This document shows, piece by piece, positions 1 through 13,635 of a stretch of DNA of 64,000 nt (its first letter is position 1; each line of letters begins with the position of its first letter). The position numbers were made by a program, and so were the translations under genes. The notes under the pieces were generated by a model. The model made no database searches. It was not told the origin of the DNA and was given only the letters and a program-made list of their open reading frames with translations. Location: assembly GCF_963921235.1 (NCBI RefSeq), contig NC_086098.1, positions 3,596,001 to 3,660,000 of the forward strand, given 5' to 3'. Source of the DNA: Mobula hypostoma. Its lineage: Eukaryota.

Positions 1-1529
1 TACCCTGTCCTAGACCTCACGGTAGTTCTTGGTCATCCATTGTGGCTCAGTCTGAGAGAAATGGGAGTTCAGTGAAAAATACAAATAGCCAAGAGGACCA
101 CCCATTTGTGACATTTGCCAGGAGCATTGTCAACAAAGGGCCCAGCACACTGTTGAGGATCTCTACCACCCTTCCCACAATCTCCTCGACTCACAACCAT
201 CAGGGAGGAGGTACAGGAGCATCAGGACTAGGACAAACAGACAGGGAAACAGCTTCTTCCCTCAGTTTGTGAAATTAATGACTACTCTGCCACCACCAAG
301 GTCTCGTCAGGACAGCAAGATGTTTACTGTTTACTGTTTATCTGTGCTGTGCACTATATGCACTTTGAAATATATTTTATTATCTTATTTGTGATAATAT
401 TTTTGTTTTATGTGCTGCTATGTTTAGTGGGTGCACCATGGTCAGGAGAAATATCGTTTTGTTTGGTTGTACACATGTAGTCAGATGACAATAAACTTGA
501 ACTTGAAGTCCCTAAAAGGAATCTGTGGACAAGTGTTCTGGCGACGTTACCATGCAGGATCAAGTATATGCTCACATATGCAGTCGTTTGGATGAAACGT
601 TAAACAGATCATGTCTATTCTCATTAACGGATTGTATCTATTCGTCAGGTGGAGGTAAAATTTTCATAACAACAAAGAACAGCAAGGACATTGCCCTCAA
701 TAATCTGACCAACATTTAGTGTGGCAGACATCACCAAATCAGATTATGTATTACTTCCCATGTTAAACCTGTGCAGTGGGAACTCAACTGACCACACACA
801 CCAGATACTGGAGCAACACACAGTCTGCTAGAGAAACTCGACCTGCTGACTAACATTCCGACCACACACACCGGATACTGGAGCAACACACACAAAATGC
901 TGGAGGAACTCAACAGGTCAGGCAGCGTCTGTGGAAATAACTAAACAGCCGATGGTTCAAACCAGATCCATCATCAGGACTGAAAAGGCAGGAGGAAAAA
1001 GCCAGAATAAGAAGGTAGAGGGAGGGGAGTGAGTACAAGCTGGCAGATGATAGGTGAGACCAGGTGAGGGGGAAGGTGATGATGGGGGAGGGAGGATAAG
1101 GTAAACACCTGGGAGGGGTAGGTGGAAATGGCAAAGGGCTGCTTTAGGTACATTTATTGATCACACGCACATCAAAGTGAATGCATCAATTGTGTCAACA
1201 ACCAACACAGCCTGAAGATGTGCTGGGGATAGCCCACAATGGTTGCCACACAACCGGCGTTAACAGAGCACGACCACGAGAAGAAGAAGAAATCCAATAG
1301 GAGAGGACAGTTGGAATAAAGGGAAGGAGAGGGAACTAGAGGGAGGCGATGGGCAGATGATGAGGGCAGGGAAGGGAAAGAGAAGGGCAGTAGGATTCCA
1401 CGACCAGAAACAGGTGCAGATTCTGAAGAAGTGCTACTTTCCTGTTCATCTGACTGAAAGCTACTGCAGTCCATTTACATAATAATCACATTTTCCAAGG
1501 CCCCAACAGCTAATAACAACTCTCTTCAT

Positions 1530-2265
1530 GAATAAACTTTTCTTGGGCTTCCAACTGGGTACATATCAATTTTAACAGATGTTTCAATGACAAACCCTGC
1601 CATCTTCATCAGGGATGATGCCTGGGCGTGTCTAGTCCGGTGGTGTTTATATCCCCATTGTCCATCCCTCCTGATTTGTTAGGATCCTTGATCAGGATTC
1701 CACTGTTCCATCTTGTTCTTACTTCGAGCGAGACCTGGGACTCAGGATGGCCGGTGTTTACAGGATTCCCTGTGAATGTGGAGCAGTACATATCCACTGG
1801 ATGGGGCACACAGTGGAAACCCGCATCAAGGAGCACAGGACCTGTATCCATTTGGGTTATCCAGAAAAACCAGCAGTAGTAGAACATTGCATTCGCAAAT
1901 GGCCATGGGATTGACTTCAATGGCACACCAATGGCTTTTGGGACTGCTGGTTGAAGGAAGCCATTGAAATAAAACTAGTGGAAAATAATTTTAACAAAGG
2001 CAAAGGTCTCACTCTAAGTAAGAACAGGAATTCAATTGTAAGCAAGGTGGGACAGCAGAATCCTGATTGGATGATGACTAACCAATCAGGAAGGATGGAC
2101 TACAGGGGTATAAACACCATCGGACTAGACACTCCCAGACATCATTCCTGATGAAGATGGCAGAGTTTGTCATTGAAATGTTGGTTAAAGCTGCTACCTG
2201 TAACTGGCAGGAAGCCCTAGAAGTGTTTATTCGTCAGTTACACCAAGAAAGCATTAGATCCTTTT
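1530..2265 (+). mobile_element. Degenerate Penelope/Poseidon-type PLE: GIY-YIG endonuclease remnant between inverted pseudo-LTR copies
   Basis: Translates as AGVYRIPCECG...ETRIKEHR..IHLGYPEK (~1750-1880) and KEAIEIKLVENNFNK (ORF 1951-2151). 1531-1680 is an inverted copy of ~2078-2232. CTGATGA...GAAA motif at 2148-2178. Confidence 0.8.
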
Positions 2266-4574
2266 TTAACTCTGGTCATGTAACAAATTAATCTTCCATT
2301 GGCAACAGTTATTACCCCTCAACCATCAGGCTCTTGACCCAGAGGGGAAAAATTCACTGAACTTCACTTGCCCCAACACTGAACTGATTCCACAACCTAT
2401 GGACTCACTTTCAGGGACTTTTCATCCAAATGTAGTTTGGTAACAAATTTATTTTGAACTTTGAAATCTGGTGCACACAGAATTGATTTTTCTGAAAGTA
2501 GAGGACAGTTGAAAAAGGAACTTATTTCAAACATTCAGCATGTTTGGTTCTGTCTCCCTTAATAAGCTTTGCTTAAAAAACAATCATAAACCTATTATAA
2601 ATGGTTTAAATTGTTCTCTTATTCACAGGTACATCTGGATTGCCTTTATACATTCTACTCGGAACAATATTCAAAGTTCAATGTAAATTTATTATCAAAG
2701 TACATAGACAGTGTGTCACCATATTGAACCCTGAGACTTATTTTCTTGCAGGTATTCTCAATAATAGAATCAATGAATTAAGGGGAATTAAGGGTTATGG
2801 GGGAAAAGGCAGGTAGATGGAGCTGAGGTTACAGACATATCAACCATGATCCTATTGAATGGCAGGGCAGGCTCGATGGGCCGGATGGCCGACTCCTGCT
2901 CCTATTTCTTATGTCCTTATGTTCTAATGAAAGACCACACCAACAAGGCGACAACCAGTGTGAAAAAAACAACAAACTGCGCAAATACAAAAAGAATAAA
3001 ACCAGAAAAAAGAATTGTAATAAATAAATAAGCAATAAATATCGAGAACATGAGATGAAGAGTCATTGAAAGAGAGTCCATAGGTTGTGGGAACATTTCA
3101 GTGACGGGATGAGTAAGTTAATCTCTTTGGTTCAGAAGCCTGATGGTTGAGGGTTAATAACTGTTCCTGAACCTGGTGGTGTGGGACCTGAGGCTCCTGT
3201 ACCTCCTTCCTGACGGCAGCAGCAAGAAGAGAGCATGTCCTGGCTGGTGGAGTCCCTGATGATGGATGCTGCCTTCCAGTGAAAGCACTCCATGTAGGTG
3301 TAACTCATATACCCAGGGGATCGTCCACCTCCTTTCTCCTGCCTGCACAGAATTCCAAACCTGGAACCCACCAATGACTCACAGACTGGTGGGAGGTGAG
3401 AGGGAGCACCAGTCCTCATCCTCATCCTTGCTGATCTGTTGGCCCAACATCCGACCATGGATGACCTTTTTCCACGTCACTGTCCCTTGAGTATGAGACG
3501 CCAAGAGTGGATCAGACGCCTAGACTCTGGCCTGACCTCCAGCTCCCCCACAACATTGTCCATTAACCTTAAACTGACCTTTAACTCCCCCATCTGGTCC
3601 CGAAAATCATCCCTAATGTTTCTATTTCATGCGTTGTACAACTTGTATTTTCTTCGGTTTCTCCTTTCAAGTCTACCTGTATTCTTGGCATCCTAAGAAA
3701 GCACGTGCAGCAAAATGGCCTTGTTCAGCCCAGAAGACAGGATCTCATTGCTTTAAAACATGGAACATGCAGAAAGCCGAATCTCACTTAAAACAGGCTT
3801 GAAATGGCTGCCCAGAAGCTACTAACTCACAGCTCCAGCTTACTGGACACAAACAGTCTGCCAGGAAAACTCAATGGGTAGAGCATCATCTGTGAGAGGA
3901 AAGGAATTGTCGAGGTTTCAGGTCAAGACCCTGTGTCTAGGCTCCAGCAGATGTTCTGTTTCTCTGGAGTCCAGTATTTAAGGTCTTGTGTTCCCAGCCA
4001 CCTGGATTTATAGAACATAAAACATTACAGCACAGTACAGGCCCTTCAGCCCACAGTGTTGTGCCAACCCTTTAATCTATTCTAAGATCAATCTAACCCT
4101 TCCCTCCTCCATACCCCAGTCATCCACGTACCTGTCTAAGGATCTCTTCAATACCTCAACCCTAGCAGCAAGTTTCATGCACTCATCAAACCCTGTGTAA
4201 AGAACTTACCTCTCACAACCCCTCTATACTTTCCCCCAACCACTTTAAAATTAACTCCAGCATAGAGAGTCCCAGGCCTGGCTTTGAAAGGAGGAGCATT
4301 GCACATGAGGCTTGCAATCCCATTGCATAAAAGCCCAGAGCTACAGAAAGCTCCAACCACCTCACCTCTGGGAGGAGGAGGATCTCGGCCTAGAGGACGT
4401 ACGAAGTCAACTGTGAAAGTGGAAGCTACAGGACTGATCGACTGATCGGCCCAGGAATGAAGACTCCGGTGAGCTGCTCTTAGCGGCCTGTGCCCCAGGA
4501 AGGGTGATGACTTCAAGAGGAATCACCTTAAAATTGGAATTAGTATTGGAGTTCAGAGTGCATTTATGATGCCA

Positions 4575-4780
4575 TCTATAGGAGTTTCTACATTTCTCCC
4601 TGTGAACATGTGGGTCTCCTTTGGGTACTCCTGTTTCCTCTACATCCCAAAGACTTTCCGGTTAGTAGGTTAACCGGCCATTATAAATTGGCCTGTGACT
4701 AAGGGTTAAATAGATGGGTTGTTGGGTGGCACGACTTGCTAGGCAGGAAGGGCTTTTCTGCACTGTGTCTCTAAATAATA
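4575..4780 (+). mobile_element. HE1/V-type tRNA-derived SINE fragment
   Basis: Decayed V-domain (ggagtttctacatttctccc...gggtactcctgtttcctctacatcccaaagac) followed by an AATAA tail. Confidence 0.65.
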
Positions 4781-7700
4781 AATTAATTTTAATATTCCAA
4801 GTGTGCTCTACAAGAAAAACACAGTGGTCAAGCAAGATCTGTGAGAGGTAAGGAACTGTCGATGTACTGAAGCTCCAGGTCCCAGCATTTGCCATCCTTG
4901 TGCCCGCAGCCCCCCGGATGCCAGCCTGATCAATGCCACCTCCGCGTGGTTTTCCTGCGACCACGTTTCCTTCCGCATCACAAACTTCAAAGTTCCTTTA
5001 TATCCAATGTCACCATATACTACCCCAAAATTCATTTTCCTGCAGGCATTCACAGGAGAACAAAGAAATACAATGGAATCACTGAAAAGCTACACAGAAA
5101 CAAAGGCAGACTAGCAACCATGGAGCAAAAGAAGATAAACCCTGCAGATTTAAAAAAAAACAAATAAAAATAATAAGTAAATAAATAATTCTGACAACAC
5201 GGATCACAGAATCTTTTAAAGTGAGTCGGTAGGTTGTGTTCAACGATCAGCTGAGTGTTGTGATTGACTGGGTCAAGAGCCTGGTGGCTGAGGTGTAAGA
5301 ACCTGTGGCTCCTGTACCTTCTGCGAGAAGAGAGCGTGGCCTGGATGGTGGGGGTCTTTAATGATGGATGCTGCTTTCTTTTGGTAGCACTCTTTATAGA
5401 AGGTATGCTGGTTAGCAGATTAATTGGTTGCCAATTGCCCTGGTGTGGTTTGAGTGTAGGATAATTAGGACAGCATAAATGGGCATGTGAGGGTGGCTTA
5501 AGGGAATTACGTGGGGAAATGGTTGCTCTGAGGACATACAAGTGTCAAAACATCATCTGTTTATTCATTTCCATAGATGCTGCTGAGTTCCTCCAGCATT
5601 TTGTGTGTTACATGGAATCAATGGAGTGAATAGCTTCATTCTGTGACATGAGAAAACTGAAAAATGGCCATGCACTTAAAATATTGTGACCACAAGGCTA
5701 TATTCCAAAAAACAGATGGAGAATTTAAGCAGGTACATGACCCATGTGGCTTGGACACCAGGAATTGAACGCCCTGCGCTATGCAAGATTTATTTTTCAG
5801 CTCTTATTGGTCAAGAACCTGTCTACCTCCAGTTTAAATATACCCAATGGCTTCCGCAGCCAGCTGTGGCAAAGAATTCCTCATATTCACCTCCCTCTGG
5901 CTAAAGAAATTCCTCCTCATCTCTGTTCTAAAGGGAGGTCCTTGTATTCTGCAGCTGTGTCTTCTGTTGCTAGATGCCCCCACTATAGGAAACATCCTCT
6001 CCACGTCCACTCTATTTGATAATTTCAATAGTTGATAAATTTCAGTGAGGTCTTCCCCTCATTCTTCTGAACTCCAGCAAGTAAATGAATGCTAACATTT
6101 AATTTGCCTTTCTCAGCAGCAACTCAACCTTCAGAAAAGAGATGAGGAAGAATTTGTTCAGCAGCCTTATGTACAATACCTTGTCAGAGGCCTTCTGAAA
6201 ATCCAAATAAGCAACATCCACTGAGGCCCCTTTGTCTATCCTGCCAGTTATGTCCTCAAAGACGAAAATCCTTTAAAATTTCCTACTCATTGAATCAAAC
6301 AGACCAAGTTTCTGTTGCTGATGGTAATTAAATTATGTCAAAATATCTTACATTAAGAAAGAAGTATTTTACAGAAATGCAGTGCTGGGAATTACTTATA
6401 TTTGCTTGCAAAAATGTAAGCATTTAATTACTGTTTGAAACCCGTCTGATTGTTACCTGAGGGAATTCAATGACGGCTGCTTTGTGGGTCTATTTTGGCA
6501 TGGCAGAGAGAACTAGATAATACAAGTCAACACATAGCAGTCAGAGTATTCACTTCACACCCCTGTGGTCCTGAGATCCCCATGCCGTCTCGCACGTAAA
6601 ATCCTCCAACCTCACATGAGGACGTCTGGCTCCTCGCCCAGCTGGAGCGCTGGGCAGGGTGCCTCGTGCTGAAGCGACAGAGCCTTCCTTGGGGCAGAGA
6701 AGGAAGGATCGTCAGGTGTAGAGAGGGATTAGTGCCAATTTGTGCCCCAAAATTATGCTTTGATTAAATTTGAACAATTCAATCCAGCTGAGGCAACGTG
6801 AAGTTTACAGGGAATTAGCCTCACTAATTAGCCACACCTCATTTTGGCAATGAAACTGAAAACCACAGCAGAATTTTCATTTAAGAAGTTTTAATCAGGC
6901 CTGGATTCTTATATTCTCACTTGCTTTCTTTGTGTTCTAAGTGGAATTTGCCCTTCTTTTCTCCATACCAAATGTAAAAACTGCACAGAATCAGAATTGG
7001 GTATATTATCATAAACGCAAGATGATGGAAATCCTGAGCAAGACACACAAAATGCTGAAGGAACTCAGCATCTGTAGGAATGAATAAACAGTCGACGTTT
7101 CAGGCCAAGACCTTTCTTCGGGTCCTGATCAGTTCTGAAGTGTTTTCAATGACAATGGAAAATCCTAAACTGTGTCACCTTCCCAGCCAACAGGGAAATT
7201 TGGGGATAATTTATACGGACAAAAGATTCATGGCAAATTTCCTCTCATCTGTTTGTTTTCACTCCATCTTAAAGTGAAATTTCTCATCAGTCACGTTCAG
7301 TACCTGGAGTTTAAAAATGCTTAGGGCACTTTAAACTTCAGTGAAAATTGATATGCTTCTTTATCCAAGCCAGCCTTTAATCACGGGTCTGGGTACAGAC
7401 AAGGACCAGTGGTTAGGATAGTGTTAAAGCTGCAAGTGCGGAGTGGTGGTGTGTCTGCTCCAGACTGACAGTGCCACCTAGAGGCAGATCTACAAGAGCG
7501 TTTGCTGCCTTCAGCTTGGAGCTGAGCAGTCACTGAGTGGCAGCCAGCAACTCTGTGGAATACCTTCATCCAAGTCCAACCATCAACACCCCGGCCCCAT
7601 GTCACCTGCTGACTTATTTATTTAAAGAATATCTTTGCGCACGAGGGGTGCAAAAGCAGACCACCCAGGAATGCAAAAAAAAAGCTAGCATCCGATGGTG

Positions 7701-8139
7701 TAAACAAAATCACACAGCCTCATTTGGATCAGTGTAGCTTTTTTTTAATCAGCACTGGAATCCAAAAGCAAATAGGTTTCTTTATGACTTCCAGAATTAA
7801 CAAGTGCACGGCAAATAAAGATCCCGAGTTAACAGAACTAAAGCTGGCCACGGTATGATGAATTGGCCACTGCCTCACTTACAGATTACCGTGCATTTCA
7901 TACCTTACACTGCTCTGTGATTTAATATCACCGAGGAATTTATTAAAGGTTTAGGCATGGCGATGACTGGCTCATGGTAATTTCTCTGAGATGTAGTTTA
8001 ATCTGTCAAAAGTGGTCAAAACAAATTTGGCAGAGTATCATCAGAAAAAGAAGCAATCAGGAATGCTGTTTAGTTGTGTTCCAGGGATTCTGTAAAAAAA
8101 AGTGCCAGCATATGAAAACCAAGGTGCTCTTTACAGCTG

Positions 8140-8420
8140 TAGCCTGCAAGAGGACCACAACCCTGTCGCAGGGTTCGGAGGATTGCATGCCTCAGTGACC
8201 CGGAGAACTGTGTCGGCTGGAGTCAGGGCTTTGTGCTTTGGCTCTTGGTACCGCCAAACAGGTTGAAGTGTAGCGGTACCCCAGTCCTCCAGGGTCAGGG
8301 CTAACAACCCTGACTGGTCAAAAAACAATTGTTAGAGAAACAGCAGTGAAGAATCCTTCTATACAGACAGAGATGGAGGAACTTCATTGCTGCCCTAAAC
8401 ACCAGCGGTAAGTCAGTAAG
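8140..8420 (+). mobile_element. Short non-autonomous RTE-like element (related copy at ~22915-23230)
   Basis: Shared blocks between the two copies (ggctggagtcagggcttt, cagggct.acaaccctgactggtca, gatggagga.ctt). The RTE assignment is from recognition only. Confidence 0.45.
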
Positions 8421-8700
8421 TGACAGCGGTAATCCGGGTTTGCTTCCCATCACTGTCTGTAAGGAGTTTGAACGTTTATCTCTGCGACCACATGAGTTTC
8501 CTCCGGGTGCTCGGGTTTCCTCCCACACCACAAAGATGTACAGGTACGGTTAGTGGGTTGTGGGCACGCTACACTGGCAACGGCCGCGTGGTGACACTAC
8601 TGAACTGCCCAGCACAATCCTCACTGATTTGATTTGACGTCCGCGGCACATTTCACTGTATGTTTCGATGTCTATGTGACAAATAAAGCTAATCTTCTAA
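8420..8700 (+). mobile_element. HE1/V-type SINE
   Basis: tttcctccgggtgctcgggtttcctcccacaccacaaagatgtac V-domain; ends at aaataaagctaatct. Confidence 0.7.
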
Positions 8701-9137
8701 AGGCCACAGCTAGACCAGACACCATGACAGAGCTATTTTCCCTCTCGTTCCAGGGAAGTTCACTTGGCACCGAGATGCACATTTGGTTTCCTGGAATCTG
8801 CCTTTACTCTGCATGGATCACAAACCGAGGGAAATCTGAAAGTGGTCCAGCCTACTGGAGCCCACGCTCTCTGTCAAGTACAGAGGGTTTATTAAGATAC
8901 ACAGCAAGCACTTGGCTCTCGCATTATTCATGAGCCTAAGGGTTTGGGAGCCCTGATTTTTACAATTGACAGACACCTTTTGTTTTTCCCTCTGTGACAA
9001 AACGTTCTAATTGATAAACTTCCAGGGCTGCCAAAAAATAAGGAGTGTGTAATTTGTCCATCCTGATAAACTAGGGGTAGGGGAGAGGGGAGAGGGACTG
9101 AAACAACAGAGGAGGAAAATGAAACAGAGTCACTCAC

Positions 9138-9220
9138 GGCCGCTTTTGAAGCGGACGGGCGAGAGCTGGCAGGATTTCAACTTCAATGCAGTTTGTAATT
9201 TGTCAGTGGCAGTCCCCATT
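9138..9220 (-). CDS. Candidate internal coding exon of an unidentified host gene: (R)MGTATDKLQTALKLKSCQLSPVRFKSG
   Basis: Acceptor ctgactctctcag, consensus donor GTGAGTG, 83 nt with exactly one open frame, lying in non-repetitive sequence. No protein family recognised. Confidence 0.35.
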
Positions 9221-9557
9221 CTGAGAGAGTCAGGGGTCCGCTGTGAGCATGGACATTCTCTTTCAAATTGACCGGGTTGGGGGGGTGGAAGCAGACACCT
9301 TTCTACTGTTTGGGTACCAGTGCCCAAACAGGCAAAGGTTTTCAGCATGACAAGAGTCCTTTTAGAGATATAAAGACTGGCTGAGTGGTGTCACAACAGC
9401 AACCTGGCACTCAACATCAGTAAGACCAAGGGATTGACTGTGGACTTCAGGAAGGGGAGTCGAGGGAACGTGCAGCAGTCCTCGCTGAGGGGTCAGCAGT
9501 GGAAAGGGTGAATAGTTTCAAGTTCATGGGTGTTAACATCTCTGAGGATCTATCCTG

Positions 9558-9843
9558 ATATTTGAGATGAGAGTTAAAGGGCAAAAGTTTAGGGGTAACA
9601 TGAGGGGGAACTTCTTTACTCAGAGAGTGGTAGCTGTGTGGAACGAGCTTCCAGCAGAAGTGGTTGGGGCAGGTTCGATGTTGTCGTTTAAAGTTAAATT
9701 GGATAGATATATGGACAGGCAAGGAATGGAGGGTTATGGGCTGAGTGCAGGTCGGTGGGACTAAGTGAGAGTAAGAGTTCGGCACGGACTAGAAGGGCCG
9801 AGATGGCCTGTTTCCGTGCTGTAATTGTTATATGGTTATATGG
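9558..9843 (+). mobile_element. CR1 LINE 3' fragment nested in a Rex1-like remnant
   Basis: ORF 9567-9764 (RGNFFTQRVVAVWNELP) is a CR1 ORF2 C-terminus; (ttatatgg)n tail; tatcctg repeated on both sides. Confidence 0.85.
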
Positions 9844-11095
9844 TTATCCTGGGCCCAAAATATTGATTCAATTACAAAGAAGGCACAACAGCAGCTATAT
9901 TTCATTAGGAGTTTGTGGAGATTTGGTGTGTCACCGAGTACTTTCACAAATTTCTACAGATGTACTATGATGTACCAGACGTAGCATTCTGACTGGTCAC
10001 ATCACTGCACAGGAAAAAGCTACAAAAAGTTGCAAACTCAACCAAGCTCCATCCTGGGTGCCAACCTCCCCAGCATCGAGGTCACCTTCAAAAGGCAATG
10101 CCTCAAAAAGGTGGCATCCATCATGGAAGACCCCTAAAACCCAGCACGTGCCCTCGTCTCATTGCTGTCATCAAGGAGCCTGAAGACACACACTCAACAT
10201 TTCAGAAACAGCTTCTTTCCCTCTGCCATCAGATCTCTGAATGGACAGAGAACCCATGAACACTGAAAACACTCTGCAGATGCTGGGGACAAAGCACCCA
10301 TATACACTACCTCACCCTTTTTTTCTTTTGGTTTTGCTTTTTTTGCACTACATATTTCATTTATTTTTTATATATTTTTTCTCACTGTAATTTGTAGTTT
10401 TGTATTATTATGTATTACACTGGACTTCTGCTGCAAAACAACAAATTTCATATAGACACCAGTGATTTGATTCTGAGATCAGCTCAATTTGACACGAACA
10501 TGGAAACTTACAGTGAAGTGTGTCCAGCTTGCCCTCTCTCCCCTTGCCCCACCTTCTTATTCTGGTTTCTTCTCCCTTCCTTTCCTGTCCTGACTCTATC
10601 ATTTCCATCGATGCTGCCTATCCTGCTGAGTTGCTCCAGCATTTTGTGTGTGTTGCTCTGGATTTTTCCACTATCTGCAGAATCTCTTGTGTTTATGATG
10701 CTCCCTGTAATGAATTGATCTGCACAAAATGTGTGCAAAACAAGCTTTTCATGTGTGACAATAATAAACCCATACCAAAACCAACAACATAGCTTCACAG
10801 GAGGTTGAAGAATTGACTGGTCAATTTGCTGTGATCATTTGCTAGAGGTAATTTGCTGTGGGCAAATCCGAACAAACAGCACACCTTTGGAATGTGACAG
10901 GGAACCAGAGCACCTGCCAACTCCACAGGGCAACACCGGAGGTCAGGTCCTGAAGCAGGGAGATGCCCCGCACCGATGGCCAAAATCCTCGGTCCGTGAG
11001 TCTGTAAGTCCACAGCAGAAGCCAGAGGCCCAGTGTCACTGAGTCCACATTTCCATTGGATGCTCGAGGCCAGGAGGTGGCCTGGATTTGGAGGG

Positions 11096-11097
<2 letters not shown>

Positions 11098-11170
<73 letters not shown>

Positions 11171-11441
11171 AGTGTGTGTGTGTATGTGAGAGTGTGAGTG
11201 TTTGAGCGTGTCTGTGTGAGTGAGTGTGTGTGTCTGAGTGTGAGTGTATGTGTGTGCGCAAGTGTGAGCGACTGTGAGTGTGTGTGAGTCTAAGTGTGTG
11301 TGTGCATGTGTGAGTGTGTGTGTGCGAGTGTGTGTGAGTGTGAGTGTGTGTGCAAGTCTGGGTGTGTGAGTGTGTGTGGCTGAGTGTGAGTGTGTGTGCA
11401 AGTGTGAGTGTGTGTGCATGTGAGTGTGTGTGTGTGTGTGT
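11098..11441. repeat. Compound (GT)n/(GAGTGT)n microsatellite
   Basis: Directly visible; source of the His/Thr-rich ORFs. Confidence 0.95.
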
Positions 11442-13264
11442 CTAATTGGGGGGTGAAGGGGCTTGTTTTGTTGCCGTTGTTTTGGTCTGTATTGTTCTGC
11501 TGAACACTGTGAGCATGCTTGGTTGGCACTGGAATGTGTGGTGACACTGATGGGCTGCCCTCAGCACAACTTTGGGTTCTGTTGGTTGTTAACACAAACA
11601 ATACATATCACTAACGAGAAAAAATCTGCAGATGCTGGAAATCCAAGCAACACACACAGAATGCTGGAGGAACTCGGGCAGCATCTATGGAAAAACTACA
11701 GTTGATGGTTTGGGCTGAGACCCTTCGGCAGGACACATTTCACTGTACGTTTGATATACACATCTCAAATAAACTTGAATCTTGAATCCTGTCACTTGGT
11801 GGCTGCCCCAGCACATCCCTATGTTGTGCTGGTTAATGCAAAGACAGTATTTGACTTTACATTTCTGTGTAAACATTATTAATAAAAGAATCTGACTCAG
11901 AGTTGCTGGACCTGTGCAGCAGCTCCAGCTGCTCTGACTTCTTAAATCCTGATGGTTTAAGGTAAGGCTTTCTATTTTCTTTGAGAAGTGGGGAATAAGT
12001 GACTCCAGGACAAAGTAAGTAACATCCTACCCAGTATACCTCTAACTTAGCCACAAATCTTTGCATATCTGATGAGGATAGGTTGAGCGAGCTTCTGCTT
12101 TTCCCTTTGGAGCAAAGGAGATGGCAAGGTGAATTGATAGAGGTGTGCAAGATGATAAGAGGCACAGATTAACTGGACATCCAGAGAGTTTTTCCCAAGT
12201 TGAAAATGCCTCATACGAGGTGGCAAAGTTTTAAGATTGGAAGAAAGTACAGGGGGGATGTCAGAGAGAGGTGGGTGTATGAAACAAGCTGCCAGGGCTG
12301 GTGGTAGAGCCAGCTACATTAGGGGTGATTAATAAACTCTTAGATAGGCACATGAAAGATAGGAAATGGAGGGCTATGTTGGAGGGAAGGGCAAGGTTGA
12401 TTTTAGAGTAGGTTGAAAAGTCAGAACAACATTGTTGGCCAAAGGGCCTGTCCTCTGCTGTACTGTGCTATGCTGTAGTGTTTTATGTTCTATGTTCAAA
12501 AACTCCATTTATTTGTTGCAGATAGCCATCAGCACCTGAGAAGAACAGATTGTTAGCAAATTAAGGGGCCTATCCTTATCTAAACTACAGATATGGATCC
12601 ACTGAAGACTGAATACAACCATCCGATGTTCACTCATACTGTAGATTAGAGGTATTTTTATGTCATTTGATATTTTCTCATGGAAATGGTCCACTGGCCC
12701 ACTGAGCTTTTGACAGCTCTATCAATCCAATACTATAACACTCAATAATCACTCTGATCTATCCCACCACCTGTAGTGGTGGGCATCCCTCAGAACCACA
12801 CACTCAATACTCAATCTCTCCAATCTGTCCCACCACCTGAAGTGGCCAAGGTCCCTCAGAACCACAGTGTTAGAAGCTCCCAGGAAAAAGGCTTACACAA
12901 TCGGATTCTCGGGTGAATTTTGAAAGGGTTGGCAAAAGTTGCATCTTGATGAACTACATGAACTACTTCTAGTTCCATATTTTCACATGGTATAAAATTT
13001 CCAGATAGATCAAGGATTTTTAAGAGACATTTAGCTGCATAAATGTGAGGGAGGTAGACGAATATGAACATTGTGTAGGCAAAGGGATTAATTTAGTTGG
13101 CAGAATCAAATATCGCTATGATGATTGTATGTTCTAGTATGAAATGTTTGGCGACAATAAAGTATAAAGTATTTGATTACTAATTTCATTAGTTCAGTGC
13201 AACGTCGTAGGCTGAAGGCCCTGTTCCTGTGTGTCACTCTTCTAAGTTTTGTGTTTTCAGTAAT

Positions 13265-13635
13265 GACAGGCACCGGTGAGGTTCTGGCACAGGCAAACAC
13301 AGAGCAGGTATGAGAATTTTTAGAAGCGTGATTCTCTTCTGATAACTCCATAAACAAACTCATCGAAATGGATGCCTTCTATGAGCCCCTAAGAGCAAGA
13401 CAAGTGTGAGCCAATAGAATTCAAAGGGCAACTGAAGGGGTAGCCAATCAGGATTGCAGCAAGCAAATGGGGGGCTATATAAATTCGAGCACTCCCAGAG
13501 GGAAACACCAACAATTGTGCACTGAGGACATCAGTTTGACTGGTGATGAAGCGTTTGAAAGATAATTGCCAAGCTCGGCAAACACCTCAACAGTAAACGT
13601 CTGAACCAGAGCTACCAACATTCACTATCATCCTA
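13265..13635 (+). mobile_element. PLE 3' fragment (GIY-YIG C-terminus plus pseudo-LTR), third family
   Basis: Reads EVLAQANTEQV*EFLEA*FSSDNSINKLIEMDAFYEPL, similar to the PLE 'REFLEAW..SIN' C-terminus; followed by CCAAT boxes, TATATAAA and CTGAGGA-hairpin-GAAGCGTT. Confidence 0.7.

Noticed and set aside
10842..11601. His/Thr-rich ORFs
   Set aside because: Translations of the (CA)n microsatellite.
13261..13307. Apparent plus-strand exon (ttttcag|...GAGCAG|gtatga) encoding MTGTGEVLAQANTEQ
   Set aside because: The frame continues past the donor into PLE endonuclease C-terminal sequence (EFLEA*FSSDNSINK), so it is transposon-derived.
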